Assembly (NCBI GenBank): GCA_977030845.1
Contig: OZ365110.1
Location: forward strand, 31,186,001 to 31,250,000
DNA: 64,000 nt
Source: Fimbriosthenelais zetlandica
Lineage: Eukaryota
Direction: 5' to 3'
Shown here: piece after piece, positions 25,222 to 38,260 of the stretch
Layout of the letters: the number at the start of each line of letters is the position of its first letter
How positions within the stretch are numbered: position 1 is the first letter of the stretch
Notes under the pieces: generated by a model
Seen by the model: the letters and a program-made list of their open reading frames with translations, nothing else
The model's database searches: none
Told to the model about the DNA's origin: nothing
Position numbers and translations under genes: made by a program

Positions 25222-28200
25222 CTCGGCTCCGATCCGGGGCCCTGCTCGACCGCCGAGACTGGAGGTCACAAGGCCTCATTTCCTGACAAAGACCTGGAGC
25301 AGGCCGTGGAGGAATTGTATAGAACTCCTCCAAGGGACTAGGGTCGCCTATAGCCTGTCAGCAATGCGGGGGAGTTAGGTCTAAGTCTCCAGAGGCTAGG
25401 ACGGCCGTCTAGTCTCCAGCTCAATGAGCTTAAACAGCTGAGAGTTTGTAAAGATAGAGAATGTAGAATATAGAGCAATTGCATATTACAGAACTGAGTA
25501 CAGTATAAGGACTGTAAAGATGGGGGAGTTATTTTCAAAACATTTGAGTGAGAGAAAGAGGGGTGAAATCAGACAAGAAGTAGACATATAAGGCCAGGAA
25601 GGGCAGATCTCAGAACTAGATCCTCTAATTCATCAGCGCATGATTCAAGCAATCCAATTTAGTGATTATTTCACCCAGAGCGCATCAACACGGATCGAGC
25701 AGGCTTTATGTACCCGGCCCCACTGCTAATTGAATGTTGCCCGAGCTAAGAAAACACTCCCCATCCGTCTACACGGCACTCCGACCGAAAATAACAGCAA
25801 AAGTTACACCAATACACCATTAGGGAATTGGAATCGGTCATCTCGATGAAAGACACTTGTATAGGTAAAGGGAAACTGATCCGGCTGAATTATCCGAGCA
25901 CGGATGGAAGGGTGAGTTGAGTGTGGACAACATTGATGGAATAGTGATTGTAATTTCCATTGTGTTTCTGGATAGGGATGGTCTATAGAAGAATGCAGAT
26001 ATTATCTGGACAAGGCACTATTATGGTAATGTGCAACGCATAAATTGAGCAGTAGCAACTTAATTCAGAGCCTCTAGGTCATTTAATTTAATTGCATGAA
26101 GGAAGATACCATCTTAAGTACATGCATTTGACACTCTAGAACGATGTGTGTGGGGTGTAAATAGGAAAATGGGGTTGGTTATTACTGAATGGAATAGTGG
26201 GGAAAGGTTGAGGCGAGAGAAAGAGATGAAAAGGGAAATTTTTAGCTGGTTTGTAGAAGCAGACGACATTTTGATGTGAATTGGCGGGGAAAGTGTGGGT
26301 CGCCAGTAGGTGGCGATAAATCGCCATATTGCGGGTTGGTGGCACTATCAACATAACGTTTCCGTGGTGCTTTATGGGTCAGCCAATGGCCCAACTTGCC
26401 CTTTCCGGATGCCTACCTCAGGATGGCGATAGAAATGACCAGTCTTCTGAAAATGGGGCCAAACTATCAGGCGGCCCCATATGGGCTAGAGCTCAAATTA
26501 ACAAGCTTACAGGGCTTAGGGAGGTTGGCTGGCTCTGCCAAGGCCCTTCCAAGGCTCGATCCCTATCTACAAGCACTGGATGCCATTTTCATCCCACCCA
26601 CAACCACTGATACAGTGGCCCTGGGTAATAGAATAACAGACAGACGCTATCAGCATCAACATCTGCAGCAAAAATGAATTAGCAATATTAGTATACTGAC
26701 AGATAGCCTGACAGTCATGTAGCTGGCGTCTGAGGTGTCTATGTGTAGCCTTGTTATTACAAATAAATGATCCGAGTCTGGTTTGTGGTCATTTTTACAT
26801 GAACAAATGGATTGTTAACACTGATATCAATCAGATAAATATGAGGTTTTATCATATATACCATCCCATTAACTTACCCTATTATCGCCCACCATAGCTA
26901 AGGCCTACACATTTATTATGACACATTTTTATGGCACTTCTAAGAGTGGGACAAAGATAATGGTAACGATGATGAACAGACGTGTAACCTGGCCTCTCTC
27001 TCACAGACAAACGGCGGCCATTTTGAAATGAAATGAGAGCGGCCTCAACAAGCCACTTGAGTGCGTCCATCCGTCAAACCTCATTTCCGCTCGGCACGTG
27101 ACAATGCCTCTGCGTTATCCCCACCTCGGCAGCCTCTGATAGGCCGGGAAATGAAATCAGTTAACAGCATAACAGGCAGAGTGAATTCTGTTAGCTGGTG
27201 TTATCGGCAAGAGGAATTGGCCAATAAAGCGCAATGCTTGTTGGTTCGGTGAAATGGTTGGCTCGCAGGAAGAGTGGGGGATGGTTGACTTACAGAAGTT
27301 CATTATATTTGTCCAGGCCGGAATTCCCAGGGGGCCAGCCAGTATAGGTCAATGGTCACAGGTGGGAAAGGAACATTAGAGAATTGAAGAGCACTAGAGG
27401 GGTAGGTCATGTTGTCATCCGTCAATGACTAGGGGCATGTTGTATTGTGGGTTCATGATTCTGTAATTACTGAGGATCAAATAGCACTTCTCACTTAACC
27501 AAACACTGCTTCATTGGATTAGCATCAGAGCTTGCCTACAGGTGCGAGAATAATTGTAATCATATCATGAAATGGACGCAGTCATTTGATCTAGACAAAA
27601 TGCTATGAGAAACGTATTATATGAAATCAAGATTGATTTTAATCTTTTAATTATTTTGGATGCTAGACTCTAACATGAGGTCTGTTGGTACAGTGCATGC
27701 CACTGTCTATAGCTTGTTTGTATACCAGAAAAAATCGCCAGCCCTGCCTGCGTGATCATGAACTTTGCTTTAATTAATTTTTGATTGCGTGAGATCAAGC
27801 ATTTGGCAGAGAGCCATACAGACTTGTCGAACACTCCCGATTTGGTCTCAACCCAACGGTAAACTGGCCAGCAGATCCTTGTTCAATTACATGTGTTGGG
27901 GAGCTCAATATAGGCATGTGATTAGCATGGAGCTACACATGTTCATGTGCCTCTGACATGGCCTTGATTACAAGATGCACGTGAGTCATTCCCTGCCTCC
28001 CAACTAACACACACATTCACACACACTGGAAGGATGGATGCATGACGTGAGGAAGCTTATCATTGGGGAACACCTGTGTAGGTTCATTAACCCGTTGATG
28101 TTTTAATTGGCAGTAGGCTGGATATCTCCCCTGCCAACCCTGTCTCTCTTTTGCAAAGCCCAGTCAACTTCATGCATGGTACCTTCTTCGGTCCCAATTC

Positions 28201-31200
28201 ACCTATAATAGTATTAGGTATTTTACATTACATTTACCTGTATTTAGATGATAATTAACACACATTGATATACATGTATGTATATATACAACGTATGTAA
28301 ACACATACAGATCTGGAACTGCATGTGCAAAATAGCATTGATACTGTCTATACCAATACATATAGATGTGTACAATCTACATAATATGTTTTTCCTTGGC
28401 CACTCCTTTGGATGATAGATCTACATTGACTTCCTTCAGTTCCTTCTATAGTTAGACCTGATACCACTTTGTTCCCAAGCGTTCCCTGAGGACATATCTA
28501 TTGCTATGGCCCGTCAGAGATCATCTGACCACTGGCCTGATCCCGGACCTCAAATTCCCACTCTGGCCCCAGCCAGCCAGTTCAGGGAGGATTACTCTAT
28601 CCTCCCTCGTGGGCAATAGACTCCAATACTTGCCCTGCTTTTATCTTCTATCGTTCAGAACAGAGCAATATGATTCTAATCATTATATCCAAGCTAATCT
28701 TCCCTTACCGTCTCGCATTCCTTGGTCATTGTCTTGTATGGTTGTACAATGGGAAACGAGGCTAAAGGAAGGTAAAGAGATTGAGGTTTTGCAATACTTA
28801 GGCCTAGTGGAATTAAATCTTTTTGCAATAAGCATTGTACCTCAGTGTTCCTCTTAGGATATATTTAGACTAGCTCAAGCCTGAAGGCAATGGAAGGAAA
28901 AGGGCATATCTTCCCTCCTGCTGCCAAAGGAGCAACTCTTCAGCTCACTAGTCTTGCTTCATATCTCAGCACTTCCTTCTGTAGCTGAGTAGATAGTCTA
29001 CTGTAGATCCATAATGCCTTTGATTTATAGAAAGAAAACCAAGGATAGACATATATTTTTGATCATGGATAATGGTAGATTTCATTGGACTTCAGGCTCA
29101 TTAGGGGCATGGTGAAGGTCCCAGGATAGTTGTGCTAATGATGTCATCGGGTCTTGTGCAGAGAAGCTGTGATATAACAGGGCGAGTGTTCCTCGGTCCA
29201 TCCCTTGGGCCTTCAGGGGCCAAAGCCACTTGCCTTGGCTCCATGGTATTACCATGATTAAGACCCATACAAATTAAAAGCGGGTGACTTTCTTATGTGA
29301 ATGAATCCATACATTTGGTTGGTGCTACTGCTCCAGTAGTCGTTGCCGCTGCTTAGACTGGACTCGATTGGTTTGGGCTATTATGGCGCGGTCAGTTGGG
29401 CAGCCTAATAGCATGCCCTGGAGACGTTTGGACAGCCAAGCCCATATGGCACCCTTTTGTTTCTCTGGTCACTGGCAACCTCATTGCATGCAGACAGTTC
29501 CATTATCCATTTAGGGTTCCCCTCATGTTGTACAAAGCTGGGAGCATGTGGTTTGTGATGGCCATTTTTACCATGCAGGCTCTTATTCATCTAATCTCTA
29601 TACGGAGGGATGCCTTTAAAAGGTATCTAAATTATAATAATATTTTTTCATTGTAAATCAACAAAATATCAAGCCATGTGGCTTAGTATAATGTTTACAT
29701 CATATGCCTCATCTTAATAAGGCATTATAATAATTAGAAAACTGCATTAACGTATATTTTATGTATATATCGATCTGTTATAATGTACACACAATGCTAT
29801 TTTTCTCCAATTCACTTATTCAGGCCTTTTTGTTGTATGTGAACCAGGCTTCTTAAGCACACCCTGCGTGAGAAAATACCATGACTATACCATTCCAAGG
29901 CCACAAAAATATAGCGTTCCACCCGATACGTGAATATATATGGGATTAAAAATCAAGTCATAGCTAGCAAGTAAAATGTTAATGCCTTCTATGCACCCAT
30001 CGCCTCCCATCTTTCAGTGAGTAGGTATGGATTCAAGCTCGATCAGATGCGATCTACTTTGCGGTTTTAAAGCGCAGCTTTAGATGTTGATGTGAGCTTT
30101 CAAGCGGTGGAAGGAGAGAGAAGTGAGTCTAGGTTACAGGCACATTTGCCGTGCACAAGTGGGTTGTCTTTGTTTTATTTCTCACATGTGAGAGCTCGGT
30201 GAATCGGATATCACCTTGGGGACTTGCCGGATGATGTCTTGTCAGTCGCTCAATTCAGCTCGCCCAGTTTTCCGCGAGCAGCTCCCTTCCAACGAGCACA
30301 TGCACTCACTATCCCCGGCCCATTTATGGCTCTAATACACTCTAGACCCTGAGAGAGTTCTATCAGGAGCTACATCATAGTTCCCCCTCATGGTTATCCA
30401 CAGCCTCCGATACAACAATCATACCCCCACCCACAGCCACAGCCTCAGCCCCTGACATCCAATTTTCCTAAAGGCCATGAGGAAGCAATATCAAGGAGGG
30501 AGGGCTCGTGTTTTGTTCATGTTTTGATTACTACTAGGTCATTGTTTCAAAGCCAGCTACAAAATTGAAAGGCCAATTTCATTAAAAGACAAAAGATTCC
30601 ATAGCTTTCCATAGGGCAAACGGGGCATTTCTTTGCCTGTGTTGGAAATAAAAGCGTTCACTTCGTTATCAATATAATACCATTAGAATGAAATTCCGGT
30701 TCCGTGTTTTGGAAGGCAATGAAGGCCCCGAAGGAATCGCCGGGAGATATTAAACATTTAAAATCGCCAACTGAATTTTTTGTAACCCCCATCTCCGCGA
30801 GCTAATGGAAAAGGATCAGTTTTGATTGAGGGCGATTATTATCGAGTGACTTTTGTGTGTGTGGAGGGGGATAATAAGCATATTTCATACTCCCACTCCT
30901 TGTGCTTACAGATTACAGTTTTCTATTGTGAGCCATTTTTCAAATGCATCAAGCCAAAGTCGATATAGATTAAGCTAAACGACTTCACTTACACATTGTT
31001 AAAAGAAACTCACAGGTGAAGTCCCTTTAAGAACAGCGGAAAATGTAATTAAGACCCCAGCTGGGTTTAAAAAAAAATCTAAACCCGTTTCATTTCCCAT
31101 AATACATTTACCACATGTATTCAATAAAGATGGTACTTTACTTTTATAGTGCTATCATATTAAATACCTATTATTTTTATCAGTGGTTTCCTATTTTTGA

Positions 31201-34200
31201 AAGAATGGAAGATTGACGACAAAATAGAAGAAAATGGTAGTCAATGAGATGTGGTAGCTCTAATTGTGGGGTTTTGACACTGATGTAGCTTGGAGAGTGA
31301 CCGTTGACAGTTTCCTATTGCTCGGAAAGCCATCGGACGCCAAGAAGCGTCAGTGAAGAGTGCTATTGGTGGCGCGTGGCGCTTATTTAGCGTCATTAGA
31401 ACGCTTTATTATAGCTCGGCGGAGCGCTGAGTGTTTGTATGTGTGCGGGCCCGGGATTCAGCCCGAGCAGTGAACGGGGAAAGAAAGGGGGAGGAGCGGG
31501 GAAACTAAGCCTCCTCCCACGGTCTCCCGACCCCCGACAATTCCTATTGTCCAGCTCAGCGGGGGAACCATAGATGGTGGGACAGGTTTAGAAAATAGAC
31601 AGCTGTCACTATCAAACCACACAAGAGGTAGTAGTGTATCATTCTACCCCCATTTATTACACCCTTAGAGTTAATTAATGTTTTCAACTACATCTGTAAC
31701 ACATTTGCGCACACATTATACGGCACAATAGCACATTTAATACTTATAAAATACACCTTAATGTTTTTATAAATAACATTCCCCAGAGGCATTTGAATTT
31801 CTTAGTTTGTGGGAAATTATTTGACAGATGGCCAAATGATATCAATAAAAACTGAGTGTGGTAAAGTCTAATATCCTGAACAGTTGGATGTTGCAGCTAT
31901 TTTTCCTTGCGAACACTGACTTGTTTCAGGGTTAAGCGGGGTTGAGCGCCAGCTAGTGGTCAGCGAATGAAAGGACAAGCCCCGGGATTAGATGGGCTTA
32001 GGTAAGGTCATAGAAACAGGGGGGTTTTCCGATAGGACCCATATCGAAGGAGCGCGGGCAGGATGGAAGGGAGGCTTTCCCATTTGCTTCTTGACGGGAG
32101 CCATGGCTCCAATCTCCGGTATGATACCTAACCATGCTCCGGGAAGCCAACCCCACACACGATCTATATCCAAAGTATAATTACTTTAATACACTAGGAC
32201 AATTTTACCACCGGTTACCTAAACGTTGACCATTAAACTAAATGATAAAAACTTGTATATGTATTATGATTTAAATAAGCAGAAATAGACTTTTCGATGT
32301 AATCAACAGGAAACAAATCGATGGGAAATCGATGAAAATCGATTTAGTGAACATAAGGCTCAAGGACAATTCGTTGTAGCTGGTGAGGCAAGAAATGATT
32401 AGGTTTATGGAGAGGACAAGGGATGTTCTACAAGCCCAGGGTCGGATGGGGTTAATGGGGCTTCTTCAGGCTGGTCGCTGGCCCGTGAGGGTCCCAAACT
32501 ACCTAACTCAGGCTTTCACAGACACTGCATCTTATAGGCTTGTCCACGCCTAGCCTCTACAAACCAAGTCAAATTGAATCAAATGCTTTGGTAGGCACCG
32601 CTTAGTCAGCCTAGCCTTGCGTACGTCCCGCAAGTTGACAGGTCCTCATCCAGGGTATTGGCCCCAGATTGAGGGGGACATGTTAGGGTCACGAACAAGA
32701 ACAATACAACCCTACACATCACTCTATCACCTCAGAAATGCAGCTCCATTCTATTATAATATGTAAGGGAAATTCATGTACAAGTATCTTGAATAACCCA
32801 AGGTGAATTAGTTTCATAGCTGCTCGCATCCCTTAATATTCTACCAAAGTATAAGTAAACATACCCCATATATAGGGGCGAGCAATTAAATTTATACTAT
32901 GTACTGTATCTCCCACAATAGTCCATCGGGTCTATACAGTGATCGTCTACTATAGTGATATACTACATAGGAACGTGCCTTTTCACTCGACTCACGTACA
33001 GAAGTATGCAAGGTCATGCCCCTGTGTTTTAATTACAAGAAACATGATCATATCCCTGCACCCATTCTCCCCCCACTCTCTAGTTAACCTCCCCCACACA
33101 ATCCCTCTCTCTTCGGAAGACATAAAGATCAGCGCCGATTGCTGACCCAATCTTGTCCCACAGCTATTACATTTGCCCCACCAGTTCCAATTGAATCCAT
33201 TGGGCTCGTTGACTGACCAGTCTACAAGCCTATACGGCGGGCCTCTTGGCCTGTTTGGACTGAGGCCCAGATCCCGCAATTTGCATCTCTTCTATAAAGA
33301 GATGGGGCTTGGATCAGTGACACTTAATCAGCTGCAGGGGAGTAGAAGGAGGAGGAAGCCAGGAGCAGAGACTAGTGCTGGCCCACCCAAGTTGGCCTAT
33401 CTGCCCAGAGCACATGGCTTCAGTACTCAAGATTGACTTCACTTGCACTGGATAGCGGACTTGTAAACCTAAGAATTATACACTGAGATCATTCTCTAGG
33501 GTCTGATCAGGAATGAGAAGTAAAGGAATGCCTTTGTATGAAATATGTGGCTTCCACTTTTGTATGTGGCTTCCAATAAGGAAGCTGTTCTTTTACTATG
33601 ATTGAGGGTTATATTCTCCTGATAAATATAGTCCGTTATGCTTGGCCATAATATTTGTAGCCTGCAATATTCAATTCCAATCTACAGAGCGAGAGGGAAA
33701 GGGGGGGAAGATAGCTTGAGAGTTCATCGCATCTTGTCCTCCCTCGCAGACTCTCTTCATCCTGTAGTGTAATTATACAGCAAGGAGGATCAATCTTTGA
33801 TGGCTTATTGCGACAATTGGTCACTAGATGCAAAAGGGTCAGATAGTGTCATGGGGAGGACAAGAGATAAGGTGGAGGCCCAGGAAGAGTGGGGGCTGCT
33901 CAGAGCTGCTGGAAACAGCTCACTGAGGTCAAGAGAGAGCAACTGGCTGTGACCTTTGCCTGCCCGAGTCATTGCAACGGCTCACCAATGGGCAAGGCAA
34001 TGGTGAAGGGAGGGTGAGTAATATTGGCTTGCCGAGGCATTTGTATTGACCTTATTAATAAGTCAGTAGGCGCAAGCAATACATACAGATGAGCAGGATA
34101 ACATTGTATGGGAGCAGCTCTCTGAGTGGGAATGTGTGGTGGTCAGTGGGAATCATAACCAAGTACAGACACGCTGTGGGTTAACATAAATCTGCCATGG

Positions 34201-35020
34201 AGTCATTGGCCCCTCCAAATACCCATACTATCCGATGCTATCTCCCACTATTGTAATGCCACCACAGGATGTGATGTGAGTGGAAAAAATCTACTTCTGC
34301 TTAGATTGGGGAATTGTCCCATGGCATCATCAATATCACCCCTTCAGATGGAGATATACATATAAACACCCTCCTCGGGGGGTGTGGACTATGCAGGCAC
34401 AGCCCTCCCTTTCCGTTTTCACCCCTGGATTTTGCTACCACCCCCCGCCAGAATCCTCTCCGAGTGAGTTGATTGTAGATTCCGCTCCAGCTATTCGCCT
34501 ATAATTGCATCCATACAGAATCATCGGGGTGTCCGAAACCCGTCCCCGTTTTCTATCATCGTCTGAATATTTTAAAAGGTCTTATGTAATGCGTTACATG
34601 GACGACGGGGATAGCATAGCACCCGGGGCAGAGATGTCTGACCTAGTCGGCAGTATCACTAACAAGTCAGAAATAGTAAACTTAACATGATACAAAGATT
34701 CACAGTGGTGAGCACCGCTGGAGACCCTCACTCGCTAGCCCTCCCCTTCAAACCAAACCCCACGACACTCCCTATAATGAAATAGAAGAAACAAGCCACT
34801 CAAAACAACAAAGAACCCCTAGTGTTGTCCCAAAGATGAGCTCGGTTCAGCCCCCCGCTGCAACAAAATGCCAAACAAACCAACCCCCTAAACGTAATCA
34901 CTTATAATGAAACTCGTAACCCTGACTCAGACTGGCTGAAGATTGAAGGAGGAATTTTGCTGAAAAAGATGGAGGTTGGATGAGTGGAGAAGAATAGGTG
35001 ATTATTTGAGGACCACCTAC

Positions 35021-35089
35021 CTGTCAATGATGACTGGGTCTGAGGGGGTTTCATTCCTGTTTCCACAACTCTTCTTATCACAGCAACGA
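35021..35089 (-). CDS. coe: COE/EBF coding exon 6 ([23 protein letters not shown]), completing the H-X3-C-X2-C-X5-C zinc knuckle
   Basis: Contains the invariant [23 protein letters not shown]. Acceptor tttctgctccag, donor GTAGGT. 69 nt. Confidence 0.98.
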
Positions 35090-35380
35090 CTGGAGCAGAA
35101 ATAATGAAGGTATAAGATCAGAGAGGCGGGAGGCAGTGAGGCGTAAATAAATATCAACTTGTTGGGATGAGAGAGAGAATCGGGAGCTCTGATCACTTTA
35201 CTGTGATACGAGATTAAGTCTGTACTGGTAAACAGGGGGAATTTCTTATATCATTCTTAATTAGGATATTCACTGTCCTCATTCAAACCTTTGATAAAAA
35301 TTGAATTTCGTCAAAATTGTGACATCTTCATTTAACGGACAATGAGTAGGGTAAGATTAAAGGAAATACTTGTAGACCTA

Positions 35381-35533
<153 letters not shown>

Positions 35534-38226
35534 TTATAAGACTAAACAAATAAAAATGATGACCAATGCAAGGTAATGATATCTTAAATATTTGAAATTG
35601 AGTTTCGTATTACAAAAGGTTTATGTGGAAGTGTATAGCAGCTGGGGAAGGGAGGGGTTAACATAAGTGAACTCGGGAGATAATCAGCTGACTCGGAGCT
35701 GAATAGACTGTCATTTCTCCCGCTTTAGCCCTGGTGATTGTCTAGCTAGGTAGAAGTTGTCGGCACCTCGCTCTATCTAGACTCTCTCCCATGGGGAATT
35801 AGGTTTAATCGGGTCTTTGTCAGCAGGGCGTCGCCCAGTAAAGATACCACACATGTAGCCTAAATACAGGGATTAAATACAGCCAATGTTAGATTATTCA
35901 ATGGACAACTTCCTCTAACCAGGCAGGCACTTAAGATCTTCATTCTTTTTGCTTCAGGACATTCTGAAATAATTACCCTTTCCCATTTTATACAGTATAT
36001 TTATAGCAATAGTATACTCAAAATGTTAAATCTGAAACTCTTGAAGAAATATATAGAAGAAATATCCTGGTCATGCTGTCATTGTCTGAAGTATAAATAA
36101 AATGTATAAGGATGCTGGGATATCTCAAGTATATAAAATGAATTTAGGAGGAAAAAGATCAGCAGGGCCTTCTTTCATGTAATATTCCAGCCATATGCAA
36201 CTCGAGCTGTGCAGATTGGACATATGGCTTATATGAAAACACATGGCGTAACACATAGCGTGGTCTGGCATTTGTAAAGCTGTCTAACAGGTTGGCTCAG
36301 ATTACAAGCCCGCCAATTGATTGAAGATAGGAATCTCTTCTGATTAAACCGACTCACTGTCTATGGCAGGAACCCAGGCGCTGGTTTCCTCATAACCAAT
36401 TATCCCTTGATTGGTAAAAAGACTCAGATTCAGTGATGTATAAATCTCCTCCTTGTGGTGCGGTTCAAGTTTTTTCACCTTTCTCCATGCACGTATTTAG
36501 CCAATCTGTAGGATGGTTGAAATAAACAACCATACGAACTTCCGTGTAAATAGAGAGCGTTCTACTAGCTTTCAATCCAATCAAAGATTTGTGATATTGA
36601 AATAGCACTGCGTTAACCATCGACAGGGTCCAGTTTTTGTAATAGTCCATTTCACGAGTGAACTTGGGGATGGCTTTATTTATGAATAAATATATTTATA
36701 TTTATGTTAGATACATAAGACTCCTAATAGAAAAGTGGAAATTTGCAACAATGTGTGTCAGTTGCTATATCTCTGATTATGACGCCCTGAATAAACAGTT
36801 GGGCAATCTGATCCCCAACCGGATTGCATGACGGGATGAGGCTGACATAACCAGTGTGGGCATCTGTCGAGGGTGTCTGTTCATTAATTGGAAGTGCAAA
36901 TTGTGGTTTGTTGTCCTTGTGAGAAACATAACACGTCTTATACATGTGTTACTAGTCTTCCAGACTCGCACAAAGGTAAAGGTGTGAGTAGGTTGTTGAT
37001 GAATAAGGAGGAAAAAGGTGGAGATATGCACCACAACACCTCAGACGGAAAACACAGCCATAATGGCGGCCACTTCGTACCCACGCCGTTGCAGCGCACG
37101 TTTCTTTTTCATTCTGTGCCACTTCCGCTTCCGGTACTACTGCTGCTTACATATTGAACAGTGAAAATGGATTCGTCACCTTGACAGCGTGAGTCGTGAC
37201 ACATTCTGTGAGTTTCTTGTGTATTGAGTAATTCCATTCACAATAAATTATATTCATAACGTGTCAAATGATGCCTTACCTTTTCTTTGCAACACCCAAA
37301 GAATGAAGGGCCATTGCTTTAATTATTATAAATATCTTTCTTTGCTTACAGCATGGCCGCCGATCGGCTAAGCAAACTCTGGCCTCAAACAGGGTGAAAC
37401 ACAGGTGTCAACACCTTGTCGGGAGAGTCAGTCAATTGGGTCATGTTGGTTAATACCCCTGATGATCGGTTTACAGAGAAATCAGTGTTGTGATACCTGA
37501 GTGGAGTGGCCTAGTTTTATTTATCGTCACCTTCTGTTACAGGTTATACAGGGGATTACAAGGCCAGACGAGGAGAGCTCTAATCCCCGTCCATATCCCG
37601 ACAAAACAAAAGGTTAGGTCCATTCCCTCAATACGAAGGTCTCAATTTGCTCACTAAATCATTCTTTTTTATTATGAAATATCAGATATCAAATGGGACG
37701 ACATTCACGCGTTTCACTGTTTTATCATGGCTCACGTGAATCACAGTGCGAATTCTTGCTGTCCTTTTCAATGGATAAGGTATGGAGTGTATGGAATACT
37801 CACTGGGTGTTGAATGTACATTTTCATTTAAACGCACTTTATTTTATTCGGGAAGGGGTACAAAGCATTACAAACAGTATACCAAGCTGCCTATTTTTAT
37901 CCCTATTTCAATGCGTGGGGTAGAGTATGAAGCGCTGGGAGAGAAGGCCAATGTCTGGTATTGAGGAATAAACTGGAGCCATTAGCATGAGAAGGCCTGG
38001 ATGGGGAAGCCTGGGGCGTGGTGTAGGTTCAGTCATAATTCAGGTAAGGTCGCTGAGCCCTTCTGTCTCTAACGCTCAGTAACAAACGTTCAGGCGATAG
38101 ACCTGTGCTGGTCGGCTGGTGGCGAAGCTTGCCTAGTGACCTCACAGCCTTACCCAGAACCAATTAGTCCATTATCAAGTCACTGAGACGGTGAGAAATT
38201 ACCCTTGGTGGGTGATGGATGGGTGG

Positions 38227-38260
38227 GAGCAGGAGGAGGGAGGAGGAGCAGGAGGAGCAG
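38227..38260. repeat. (GGA/GCA) trinucleotide low-complexity tract
   Basis: gagcaggaggagggaggaggagcaggaggagcag. Confidence 0.65.

Larger units (their letters stand above)
1..35020 (-). other. coe: coe intron 6 (at least 35 kb, runs off the window)
   Basis: It begins at the exon 6 donor. I found no reverse-complement match to the expected exon 7 peptide [27 protein letters not shown], or to later exons, by eye in 1-35020. Confidence 0.8.

Noticed and set aside
4541-28250. AG|GT recursive-splice-like sites in intron 6 (e.g. 4545/4546, 9880/9881, 28237/28238)
   Set aside because: CAG|GT-type strings are expected dozens of times by chance in this length, and the acceptors are mediocre. Nascent-RNA saw-tooth data would be needed.
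33545-33575. 12-nt direct repeat ATGTGGCTTCCA (similar small pairs at 4454/4493 and 40250/40260)
   Set aside because: These are ordinary local slippage duplications with no array structure.
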